Below, one piece after another: positions 29,082 through 38,009 of a stretch of DNA of 64,000 bases (its first letter is position 1; every line of letters begins with the position of its first letter). Below the pieces are notes generated by a model, which did not search any database, was not told where the DNA came from, and was given only the letters and a program-made list of their open reading frames with translations. The DNA lies in IMG/VR virus record IMGVR_UViG_3300035181_002074, positions 96,613-160,612 of that record. One strand, given 5' to 3'. This stretch comes from a virus. The translations under genes were made by a program, and so were the position numbers.

Positions 29082-30020
29082 ATGGCTGATTCATTTAAAA
29101 TCGGATGTAACGCCGAAGAAATAGCAACCCAGCTCGGAGTAGCAGTCGAAGAAGTCCAAGGCCAGCTCCAAAGCGCCATGGAAAATCTATCTGCATCTAC
29201 TCATGCATTCATCGTACAAAAAGCCAATACCGACCTTGCACATAATGATTATCTTCGTAATGCATTCTTAGGTAAAGGCGATAAAATCACACATAATTTA
29301 CAATCTGATCAGCATCCATTAGTATCACCCGATGCTAAGAATCTTCGTTGGAATAAGCTCGGTAATAATATGTGGGTAGTTGAACTTGATGAAAGCGCTG
29401 CTTATATTAATGATGGTCGTGCGCGTATGTCCATGGCTACCGCCGAGTGGTTACTGAAGCCGAACGATAAACTACGTAGAGCTAAAGATGGTTCAACTTA
29501 TAAGGTTATCCCGATGCCTGCTGGTGGCGCGTCGCAACATGATGGTGGTGCCCAAATGGGTGCCTCAATGTTCTTGAAACATTCACTTAAGGCTGCTATT
29601 AAAAAAGCAGGGGTGAATATGAAGAAAATCGAAAACGACGAATTCGGTAAACCTAAAATGGGCATCCTTCATCATTTAGATACAAGTAAGTTTGAAGAAA
29701 AGGGACGCTCTATTCAGGGAGCTTATTCAAAACCAAGATCACCATCCGAAGCGGCTGCTACTGGACTCAAAGCCCATAGCGGAAATTTCATGATCGGGGG
29801 CGCTGCTGTTATTCAAAGAGCGGCTACCAATAAAGCAGGGGCAACTAAAGAAGCCGTAGTATTCCGCGTAGTATCCTCTAAGCATCAAGGAGAAGACCGA
29901 TGGATGGCTCCAGAAGTACACGGCATTAAAGCCGTTGAAGCAGCATACGATTGGGCTCAAAAGGAATGGTCTGATATTCTTAAGCAGATCGAAGAAGATT
30001 TTGCTAAGAAGATGACATAG
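29082..30020 (+). CDS. Neck/tail-completion protein
   Basis: YKVIPM, FRVVSSK...W..P motifs; position. Confidence 0.6.
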   Translation: MADSFKIGCNAEEIATQLGVAVEEVQGQLQSAMENLSASTHAFIVQKANTDLAHNDYLRNAFLGKGDKITHNLQSDQHPLVSPDAKNLRWNKLGNNMWVVELDESAAYINDGRARMSMATAEWLLKPNDKLRRAKDGSTYKVIPMPAGGASQHDGGAQMGASMFLKHSLKAAIKKAGVNMKKIENDEFGKPKMGILHHLDTSKFEEKGRSIQGAYSKPRSPSEAAATGLKAHSGNFMIGGAAVIQRAATNKAGATKEAVVFRVVSSKHQGEDRWMAPEVHGIKAVEAAYDWAQKEWSDILKQIEEDFAKKMT

Positions 30021-30039
30021 TTATGGTATATATAGATAT

Positions 30040-30957
30040 ATGCCCAGTCATAAACTCAAAGTATTTGATTTGTTTAGCGGCATTGGTGGGTTTTCCAAAG
30101 GTTTAGAGCAAACCGGTTTATTTGAAACAGTTGGTTTTTGTGAAATTGAGCCATATTGCCAACAAGTCATCAAGAAGCATTGGCCACACGTCAAGATCTT
30201 TGACGATATCAAATCTTTATCTAACAAAACTCCAGAACTTTCAGGTATAGATGTTTTATGCGGTGGATTTCCATGTCAAGATATCTCAATCGCGGGTAAA
30301 GGTAAAGGCATAACCGGTGAAAGATCTGGATTATGGCAAGAATACAAGAGGGTAATTAATGAAGTAAGACCAAAATACGCAATTATTGAAAACGTCAGCG
30401 CACTCCTTGGCAGAGGACTTGAAACAGTCTTACAAGACCTTGCCGAAATCGGGTACGATGCGACTTACACGACCTTTGACAGCCAATTCTTCGGAGTCCC
30501 ACAACGTAGACGTAGAGTGTACATTCTCGCAGTCCGCGATGGAATCTTGCCCGAATCCGATATCTTCGAGCTTGGAAAACGTGATAGTGAACAACTCGGA
30601 CGAGAAATGGCAGCTATCAAAGAAGGCAGCGAGTGGAATTTTACGCAGAGAGATAGAAAGCAATATTCCTTTGCCTATTTTACTCGCCAACGCTCTGATC
30701 AGTATTCGTGCTGCGGAGTAAGCGGCACTTTAGCAAAAAGAGACTATAAAAGTTATACTGATCTGGTAGTGGATAATCATGGAGTACGCAGAGTGACACC
30801 ACAAGAAAGAATGCTTTTACAGGGGCTTCCGGCTGATTGGCTAGATGGGTGCGGATTAACGAATATGCAAATGTTTTTATGTAATGGAATGACCGTTCCT
30901 GTGGTATCATATATAGGGAATCGTTTATATGAATACAATCAAACAGCTCGAATTTAA
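30040..30957 (+). CDS. DNA cytosine-5 methyltransferase
   Basis: DLFSGIGG, GGFPCQD, ENV, PQRRRR, RLQG-like MLLQGLP, CNGMTVP. Confidence 0.95.
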   Translation: MPSHKLKVFDLFSGIGGFSKGLEQTGLFETVGFCEIEPYCQQVIKKHWPHVKIFDDIKSLSNKTPELSGIDVLCGGFPCQDISIAGKGKGITGERSGLWQEYKRVINEVRPKYAIIENVSALLGRGLETVLQDLAEIGYDATYTTFDSQFFGVPQRRRRVYILAVRDGILPESDIFELGKRDSEQLGREMAAIKEGSEWNFTQRDRKQYSFAYFTRQRSDQYSCCGVSGTLAKRDYKSYTDLVVDNHGVRRVTPQERMLLQGLPADWLDGCGLTNMQMFLCNGMTVPVVSYIGNRLYEYNQTARI

Positions 30958-31978
30958 CGGAATTACTGTTGGTGATTTATTCTGTGGTGCTGGCATTGGT
31001 GGATTAGGGGCTAAACTAGCTGGAATCAAAACAGTGTATGCCTTTGATAATAATCGCATTGCGGTAGATACTTTTAATCGGAATGTAGAACCAGTAGCAT
31101 ATCTCGCGGACGCTAATCAGATAGAGGCTTCTCTTCTTCCTTATACTGACATTATTACTGCTGGGTTTCCTTGCAAGCCGTTTTCTGTCGCCGGTAAAGG
31201 TTTAGGAATTAAAGATCAGAAATACGGTAATTTAGGTACCATCGCGGTTAATATCATTTTGAACAAACAGCCCAAGGCTTTCTTATTAGAGAATGTAAAG
31301 GGAATTTTATCTAAATCAAATATGCCATCATTTGAAGCTTTATTGTTACCTCTCACCAAAGACTATAATATTACTTGGCAGTTGATCGATTGCTCAGAGT
31401 ACGGTGTACCGCAAAAAAGAGAAAGAGTTTTTGTTATTGGACTACGCAAAGATCTCGAAAAGCAATTTACTTTTCCTTTGCCAACTCACCCGAATAAGAA
31501 AAACACCGTTTTGGACGCAATAGGTGATTTACCAAAAGATCCTTGCAATTCGGTTCCTAATCACGCAAGAGATTGTGGTTTACGTAACGATGAAAAACCC
31601 TTCGTACATAAAATTCCTGTAGGTGGTAATTGGAAAAATTTACCAGTTGAAGATCAAAAAACCTTCATGAAGAGGGGGTTTTATAGCGGCGGCGGACGAA
31701 CTGGAGCTTTATATAAAGTTGACCCATACAAGCCAGCTAAAACCATTTTAAGTTCGCCAATGGGAAAGGCAACCGCACAGATTCTCCACTGGGAAGGGCA
31801 CCAACCAAGACGATATACTGTGCGCGAATGTTTACGTCTACAATCAGTACCTGATAGTTTTATTTTCGATGAGTCTATATCACTACTGCGCCAGTATGAA
31901 CGATGCAGTGGAATCCCAACATTAGTTTCGTATATTTTAATGAATCAGATATCTCAGATAATCAGGAGTACAGAATGA
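30929..31978 (+). CDS. DNA cytosine-5 methyltransferase homolog with an atypical motif X
   Basis: DLFCGAG, GFPCKPFS, ENV, PQKRER, RECLRLQ; motif X reads QYERCSGIP. Confidence 0.9.
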   Translation: MNTIKQLEFNGITVGDLFCGAGIGGLGAKLAGIKTVYAFDNNRIAVDTFNRNVEPVAYLADANQIEASLLPYTDIITAGFPCKPFSVAGKGLGIKDQKYGNLGTIAVNIILNKQPKAFLLENVKGILSKSNMPSFEALLLPLTKDYNITWQLIDCSEYGVPQKRERVFVIGLRKDLEKQFTFPLPTHPNKKNTVLDAIGDLPKDPCNSVPNHARDCGLRNDEKPFVHKIPVGGNWKNLPVEDQKTFMKRGFYSGGGRTGALYKVDPYKPAKTILSSPMGKATAQILHWEGHQPRRYTVRECLRLQSVPDSFIFDESISLLRQYERCSGIPTLVSYILMNQISQIIRSTE

Positions 31979-32628
31979 GCAGTAAATTTGATTTCGATAA
32001 CGTGGCGGATTTTGACAAACATATTGAAATGTCTATCCCGAATTATAGTTTTTTAGCAGCACAGGTTAAAGAATATATTGAATGTTTTGCTCAGGCTGGT
32101 ACCGAAGTCATTGATCTCGGATGCTCTACTGGTAAATTGTTACAATCCGTACAAAAACTACCAGAGGTAACTTATCGTGGAATCGATAACTCAACTTTGT
32201 GCCCGACCAGTGAAGTTAATTGGGTGAAATTTACTAGGGGCGATGCTCGTCGTTTTACTGATATAACTAACGGCAAAAGATCCTCGGTCATTACCAGCAT
32301 CTTCTTTTTACAGTTTTTATCCAGAATAGATCGTCGCCATCTCATTGCAAAAATTAAAGATAATTTAGTTGTTGGCGGTTGTTTCATATGTTGCGAAAAA
32401 ACTCATTTCGATAACCACCGATTAGAGAATATTACCAATACTATGCAGATGGTAAATAAAACCAAAAATTTTAGCGCAGATGAGATTTTAACTAAGCAAA
32501 AGCAACTATCTCGCTCAATGTGGTTATCTACCGAGTCAGAACTAATGAATGAAATGTCTGAGATCGGACAGCCGTCTATATTCTGGAAATCCTTTGGTTT
32601 TACTGGCATAATCGTCTTTAAAGAGTAA
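31975..32628 (+). CDS. cmoA: CmoA-like (carboxy-SAM synthase family) SAM-binding protein
   Basis: FDFDNVADFDKHIEMSIPNY, DLGCSTG, FFLQFL, GGCFICCEK; AGGAG RBS and ATGA overlap. Confidence 0.7.
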   Translation: MSSKFDFDNVADFDKHIEMSIPNYSFLAAQVKEYIECFAQAGTEVIDLGCSTGKLLQSVQKLPEVTYRGIDNSTLCPTSEVNWVKFTRGDARRFTDITNGKRSSVITSIFFLQFLSRIDRRHLIAKIKDNLVVGGCFICCEKTHFDNHRLENITNTMQMVNKTKNFSADEILTKQKQLSRSMWLSTESELMNEMSEIGQPSIFWKSFGFTGIIVFKE

Positions 32629-32640
32629 TTAATAGCTACC

Positions 32641-32650
32641 CCTAATATTT
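32641..32650 (+). promoter_or_regulatory. Putative late promoter CCTAATATTT
   Basis: Exact motif 8 nt before ATG 32659. Confidence 0.75.
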
Positions 32651-32658
32651 GATGTAAT

Positions 32659-33696
32659 ATGGCGATTCTAGCGACCGACATTCTAATAAAAACAGCCATG
32701 GAAGGCGCCTTAGCTGATATGCGTCGTAACGAATATCTTCTCGATGACTGCTTTGGCGGTCTAGTGGATGATGTTCTTTCTAAAGCGGAATTTGGTACCA
32801 AGGAATTAAATCAAGCTAAAAACTTCATTATAAACAATAATATACCAGTTTATCTCCCATATCGGGTGGACTCACCCTCTACCCCAGCACTCCTAATTAC
32901 CCGTTCCCAAGCTACGGAAGCCAACGACAGAGCTTCCTTAGCCGATGATGGTGAAGACCAAGCTTATGATCCAGCCAAGGCTGGCCAGCCATTGCACCGT
33001 ATTGTACCCCCATTTACGCCTACATTCTATGATGCTGTTCAGGGTATGGTTACTATGCCAAGCCCCCATACGACTTACCAAGTAGCTGCAGGCATGTTCT
33101 TGATGGCTAAAAATGGAAGATCATATCAAATTACCCAAATCTTGGATGATGTGACGTTTTTAATCGCTGCAAACATTAACGAAGATTTCACCGGTTGCTA
33201 TATTGTTCCAGAAACCAAGACTTGGCTAGCGCACAGGGAAAACCTTTTCTTTAGCGAAGGCTGGACTATCACGGTAATGGCATCAGGTGAGCCAATTTTC
33301 GCTGAGTGGTTGCGCCAATTAGTAATTTACTGTTTAAGCCGCTACAGGGAAGCTTATCTAGAAGCAAGAGGATTCGAAATATCTTCTATGCAAGCAGGTC
33401 CAGTTTATTTAGACCCGTCATTTGAAGGAACCAAAGTATTTGCCGCTAAAATTACCTTAAGCGGCACAGTGCCAGCAACTTGGATTAAGTATATTAGTCC
33501 AGTATTTGCGAAAGTTGAAGGCGGAATTAAGATTTTGGAAATGCCTAAAACTCCTGAATATTATATGGATCAAGTAGCTAAGCAAGGATGGTCATCAGTA
33601 AATGATAACATCGATTTACTTGGTCAAGACGAGTCCGACTCCCAAACTATCGGTTCCGCAGACGATGATTATTTATTAGGAACTACCGATGAATAA
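32659..33696 (+). CDS. Probable tail terminator / tail completion protein
   Basis: Acidic structural-type protein; position between neck and sheath genes. Confidence 0.55.
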   Translation: MAILATDILIKTAMEGALADMRRNEYLLDDCFGGLVDDVLSKAEFGTKELNQAKNFIINNNIPVYLPYRVDSPSTPALLITRSQATEANDRASLADDGEDQAYDPAKAGQPLHRIVPPFTPTFYDAVQGMVTMPSPHTTYQVAAGMFLMAKNGRSYQITQILDDVTFLIAANINEDFTGCYIVPETKTWLAHRENLFFSEGWTITVMASGEPIFAEWLRQLVIYCLSRYREAYLEARGFEISSMQAGPVYLDPSFEGTKVFAAKITLSGTVPATWIKYISPVFAKVEGGIKILEMPKTPEYYMDQVAKQGWSSVNDNIDLLGQDESDSQTIGSADDDYLLGTTDE

Positions 33697-36600
33697 TATT
33701 ACCCCGCCGCCAGCAAAAGCTGGGGACACATCACCAGATGGACGCATGACAGCAATCAACCATAAAGATTTAGGTATAGTCTGGGACGCATCTCCGGCTC
33801 ATAAACAGCAAATGGATTCCAATACGCTTAAAACTGCCAGATCTTGGTTACAGACTCAACCTGTTGAGAATCATCCAGTCTTAAAAGCCTTTATTAATCA
33901 AACGCTAACTAGTCCTAATCGTCATTTACGCTATGGTTCAGATATTCAAAATGGTCCAGAAGTAGTTAGGCAGCGCCATATTCATCAAATGATCACTAAT
34001 CATCCAGATTCCAAGCTGATGGTGCATAATCCAAATTCGTTGAGTTTATACGTTAACAGGCACGGTCGAGATAAAAAAATATCACATTTCCAGTTTAACT
34101 TACAAAATAATGTTGCAAAATCTGAAACGTTGTGTTATAATAATGAGTATGGAACCTACACAGACGAATTCTGTAATCGATTTAAGTACACTATTGGCGA
34201 TGACGGAAAACTTGCCGAAAGCGGAATGGGACGCTATTTGGGCAAGAACGAACATGGGGACGATTATTACGAAAGCAGAGATTATGAATCTGACCCTAGT
34301 CGAATTCAGTCTGTTCTTGAACTCCTACGATACAGCCGCTTGTTTAGAAGCACCGGGCAGAGTAGCGATGCAGGAAGTGATGGATCACTTCAACGTAGTG
34401 AACCATTGTTATTAGCAGACCAGCTAGCTAAGCATTTTTTAGGTAAAGGCTCTTTACAGAGAAGAAATCCTTTTAATCCGAATTCGATTCCAGATACCGA
34501 ACGAAAGGCTGTGGAAGCCTGGACTAGTGGTTTTGCAATATCACCAGATAAAATCCTAGCAGCCCCGAAAGAAGCAATAGATCGTGGTGTGCATAAATTA
34601 CACGGCAGAACATCCGTCCGAAAAAACCCAGCCACCGGTGAGCGTGAATTTTTATTACACAGGGGAATGAGACCTAGCCAGTCTGCAGATTTTCAAAATG
34701 GTGGCGCAATGCGTAATACTTCTTGGACACCATCATATGAAGCCGCCAAAGGTTTTGCATCTGATTATTTACGAGAAGAGCAAGATGATACTGATTGGGT
34801 TAAACAATACCAAACGCAATATGGCAGAGACTTAGATCTATCTAAGCCGCATATACATTCAGCATGGATTCCAGAATCAAAAATTTTACATATTCCAAAT
34901 ACTATTGGTCAAAAAGGACACGGCCATAGCGATGATCCAACTTGGGATAAAGATCAAAAGCCATCAAAAACACTTCGCTATCGCGAACATGAAGTGATCG
35001 TAACGCCCCATCAAATGGCAATTGAAAGTAATCCTGAAAAACATATTAAGTTGCCTCATACTGAAGGCTCATTACATGAGCGAATCAATTCACGTGCAAC
35101 TAACAAATCGGAATACTTTTCTAATAAACTAGCTCCTTTAGCGAAAATGTCTCGCCCCGTTTTGAGATTCCCAAAATTAGGCGTTGACCCGCGTTCCGAA
35201 CAAAATGTACAACAAATTGAAACAGGTAAACAAGCTGAAATGTATGGCCGCAAAATAACTGCGCATGCCATACCGGATACCACTAAGCCCAACGTTGGGT
35301 ATAAGTTAGATAACTGGGATAATTTGGTACCACATGACTTACCACCTACGAAACAAAGCTTACAACCACAACGAAATAAAGAAGCTAAACGCTTGGCGGG
35401 TAAATTTGGTTCAAGAGTTTTAGGGACTAACGTTCAATCTACAACTTCGGATACAACCAGAAAACCAAAATCTTTCCAAGCGGCATTAGGTGGTAAACTA
35501 CGATCTAAGTATGAAAGCTTTGATGATACTCATGCTGACCGTATGCAAGAGCACTTTACAAAAAAACGCGACGCATTAAGACAGCACAGCCAAAATCTGG
35601 ACAATTGGTGGAGTTCAAGACCCACCCGTGCCGCAGTGCATGCAGCTAATCCTGATTCTGCAACACCAGAAATGGATTTGATTAACGCAACTAATGCCCA
35701 TCGTAAAGAAAAACCAAAACGTCCAGTCGTAAGAGCCCCATCGAAGAAACGTATCGCGACAAATAAGCTCACCCCAGATCAACAAGCTTTACGCGGTAAA
35801 ACAGTTGATAGTACTATTGAGCATGAAGCAGCTCACGGAGTATTTGACCAGATTGAGCAAAAGCATGGTAAACAAGCGATGTTCAAAGCTCGCAAGCACA
35901 TCTTAGATGCATTTGATCACGATTCATATAGCACTTTGTCTCGTTTTATTATTAGTCGTAATTATAATCCAAAATCAGAATCCTTCCCAGAAGAAATATT
36001 AACGCATGCTAGAGATATTTTAGTTAATCCGACCAAGCGCACCGATTTCATGAATAAGCTTCCAGCTACTATGACCCCAGAGCAAAAACAAATGGTGGTA
36101 AGTAAAATTAAAAAACAATGGGAAGAAGCTTACCGTCGTAGCCAAAACTTAAAGCCAGAAGATATCGTAAATAAATCTGAAGATCTAAATAAAGCATTAT
36201 CACCCGATGAATTAAAGTCACAAGGATACTCCTTTAAAATATTAAACCCGAATAAAAGCAGATCTAGTTATTTAATGCGAGCTTACCATAATAACAAACC
36301 TGTTGGACATATGATGTATAGTGGTCGAGCATTCAGTGTTCCCGATAATGAAAATATGGCAGATCGTTCCCATAAAAACGGCTACCATGATGTTTCGAAT
36401 TCCAATCTTGGGGAAGCACATCGCGGCAAAGGCATTTATCAACACATGCTGAACCTCGGTTCAGAACATGTCAAAAGTTTAGGTTCTAAAGGTCTAATGT
36501 CTTCTGGCTACCAAAGAAGTTCGTCCGCAACGAGAGCATGGGATAAGACAGCTACCCATTCATCGGTAGTTACACCGAAAGATGTTGGTGTCGTTAGTCC

Positions 36601-37438
36601 AGACGTGATGTCCCCTGAGTGGAACCAAGTTTTTGATCCCAAAAAACGTAAAAACGCCGACTATTTTAAATCTGAACCTCTTATGAAACCGTGGGCATCA
36701 CAAGCTCAAGCTGCATGGGGACATTCAGAAGCCGGTAAAGAAGCATTAGGTGCCGAAGGTGTTAAACATTGGGATGCAGCTACTCACGGGAAACATTTAC
36801 CTAAAAGAGTTAAAAAGGATGAGCCTTTAATGAAACCTAAATCTTTAAAACAAAAATGGTATGACAAATCCCTGAAAGAAAAGAAACAGGTCGTACAGGA
36901 AAAAATGAGACAAGGGCCAGCTTTACCACCATTGAAAGACTCACTTAAGCAAGCAATGGATGTTTTCAAAAAGCCTGCACCAAAAGAAGAAGTTAAAAAA
37001 GAAGAACTAGCTAAGATGCCTGTTGTGTTCAGCGGCACCAAGAAGAAACCTTTTACAACCATCCAAAGAATGCAGAATAAAGAAGGTCAAGGCCCGTATG
37101 TCAGTGGCGGAGATATTCCAGAACTGGAAGAACATGGAGATTCTAATGCATCGTGGGATGTCGCAGAAAGAACGCCGAATCCTATTGACGATGAAGGATT
37201 CACATCGGCAGATCAGAAAAGACTTGGACAGGTACCAACGCCAAAAACCCCTAATGTTAAATTCGGTTTCCATAAACCAGAACATGCCAAAAATTGGTTT
37301 TCACCAGAAGAAACTGAAGCCCTAGCCCAACATGGATTCACATTGCAGCCAGTTAAAGCAGCTAAAGTATGGTCATCAGGTAAACAAGCCTTCTTTGAAG
37401 CATATAAAGGCAAAGCTAATAAGAAACCGAAAATCTAG
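33689..37438 (+). CDS. Polyvalent polyprotein: ADP-ribosyltransferase + HExxH zincin-like + GNAT + further modules
   Basis: LHRG/TSWT/EHEV (R-S-E ART); IEHEAAH; HRGKGIY..SSSATRAW (GNAT); modules delimited by K|SE motifs. Confidence 0.8.
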   Translation: MNNITPPPAKAGDTSPDGRMTAINHKDLGIVWDASPAHKQQMDSNTLKTARSWLQTQPVENHPVLKAFINQTLTSPNRHLRYGSDIQNGPEVVRQRHIHQMITNHPDSKLMVHNPNSLSLYVNRHGRDKKISHFQFNLQNNVAKSETLCYNNEYGTYTDEFCNRFKYTIGDDGKLAESGMGRYLGKNEHGDDYYESRDYESDPSRIQSVLELLRYSRLFRSTGQSSDAGSDGSLQRSEPLLLADQLAKHFLGKGSLQRRNPFNPNSIPDTERKAVEAWTSGFAISPDKILAAPKEAIDRGVHKLHGRTSVRKNPATGEREFLLHRGMRPSQSADFQNGGAMRNTSWTPSYEAAKGFASDYLREEQDDTDWVKQYQTQYGRDLDLSKPHIHSAWIPESKILHIPNTIGQKGHGHSDDPTWDKDQKPSKTLRYREHEVIVTPHQMAIESNPEKHIKLPHTEGSLHERINSRATNKSEYFSNKLAPLAKMSRPVLRFPKLGVDPRSEQNVQQIETGKQAEMYGRKITAHAIPDTTKPNVGYKLDNWDNLVPHDLPPTKQSLQPQRNKEAKRLAGKFGSRVLGTNVQSTTSDTTRKPKSFQAALGGKLRSKYESFDDTHADRMQEHFTKKRDALRQHSQNLDNWWSSRPTRAAVHAANPDSATPEMDLINATNAHRKEKPKRPVVRAPSKKRIATNKLTPDQQALRGKTVDSTIEHEAAHGVFDQIEQKHGKQAMFKARKHILDAFDHDSYSTLSRFIISRNYNPKSESFPEEILTHARDILVNPTKRTDFMNKLPATMTPEQKQMVVSKIKKQWEEAYRRSQNLKPEDIVNKSEDLNKALSPDELKSQGYSFKILNPNKSRSSYLMRAYHNNKPVGHMMYSGRAFSVPDNENMADRSHKNGYHDVSNSNLGEAHRGKGIYQHMLNLGSEHVKSLGSKGLMSSGYQRSSSATRAWDKTATHSSVVTPKDVGVVSPDVMSPEWNQVFDPKKRKNADYFKSEPLMKPWASQAQAAWGHSEAGKEALGAEGVKHWDAATHGKHLPKRVKKDEPLMKPKSLKQKWYDKSLKEKKQVVQEKMRQGPALPPLKDSLKQAMDVFKKPAPKEEVKKEELAKMPVVFSGTKKKPFTTIQRMQNKEGQGPYVSGGDIPELEEHGDSNASWDVAERTPNPIDDEGFTSADQKRLGQVPTPKTPNVKFGFHKPEHAKNWFSPEETEALAQHGFTLQPVKAAKVWSSGKQAFFEAYKGKANKKPKI
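34113..34141 (+). promoter_or_regulatory. Intragenic sigma70-type promoter
   Basis: TTGCAA-N17-TATAAT with TG extension, inside the polyprotein gene. Confidence 0.7.
34149..34415 (+). CDS. Nested out-of-frame gene (88 aa)
   Basis: ATG 7 nt after the TATAAT; protein-like amphipathic sequence; +1 frame relative to 33689. Confidence 0.55.
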   Translation: MEPTQTNSVIDLSTLLAMTENLPKAEWDAIWARTNMGTIITKAEIMNLTLVEFSLFLNSYDTAACLEAPGRVAMQEVMDHFNVVNHCY

Positions 37439-37702
37439 CTATCCGTTCATTTGCTCCAAAAATTGAATATCCGACATGTGGGTATATTTATCAAATAGAC
37501 GATCGACTCTAGATGCTTTATCTAATAGCATAAAACAATCAAAAAAGCTTCCTACCGTTAAACTGAAATAAGGCGAGGGATCGTCAGGGAAGAAACATTT
37601 GACTTCACCCGTAACGCAGCATTCATCTAATTCATCTTTCGTCCAGCCATCTGTCAAGTAAAACCGTAAAGCCAGATTAGAGCTTCTAATTACTTTTTTC
37701 AT
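37439..37702 (-). CDS. Hypothetical early protein
   Basis: 87 aa; ATGA overlap. Confidence 0.6.
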   Translation of the reverse strand: MKKVIRSSNLALRFYLTDGWTKDELDECCVTGEVKCFFPDDPSPYFSLTVGSFFDCFMLLDKASRVDRLFDKYTHMSDIQFLEQMNG

Positions 37703-37941
37703 TTACCGGATACCATCCTGTACGTGAACCGGTCATCTCTATCCACTGGATAAACATAGAAAAAATAATTAGGATTATCTTCCATGGTTATGTATACATA
37801 ATCTTTAACGAAACAATGACGCCTTGCTTCTGAAATCATGTCATACATATACTGCGGGATAGGTTTTTCATAAAATCCTTTTACACGTTGAGGATAAGTC
37901 ACGAGCGCAAAATACAGGAAATCTTCTTGGAGTTTGGTCAC
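37699..37941 (-). CDS. Hypothetical early protein
   Basis: 80 aa; GTG 6 nt after the -10 box. Confidence 0.6.
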   Translation of the reverse strand: MTKLQEDFLYFALVTYPQRVKGFYEKPIPQYMYDMISEARRHCFVKDYVYITMEDNPNYFFYVYPVDRDDRFTYRMVSGK

Positions 37942-37947
37942 CCCTAT

Positions 37948-37976
37948 AACCTATCATCATTAACCTTTTTTGTCAA
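37948..37976 (-). promoter_or_regulatory. sigma70-type promoter
   Basis: TTGACA-N17-TAGGTT. Confidence 0.65.
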
Positions 37977-37989
37977 CCGCATCCAAAAG

Positions 37990-37999
37990 CCTAATATCT
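37990..37999 (+). promoter_or_regulatory. Putative late promoter variant CCTAATATCT
   Basis: 10 nt before ATG 38010. Confidence 0.65.
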
Positions 38000-38009
38000 A
38001 CAGTAGAGT

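Noticed and set aside
30386-30721. Nested +1-frame ORF in the first methyltransferase as a separate subunit
   Set aside because: Its end (LSKKAASGILRR) recalls alternative-frame peptides seen in some split C5-MTases. However, the main ORF already contains all motifs through X and no clear start or RBS is visible, so it is left unsupported. An HMM search would settle it.
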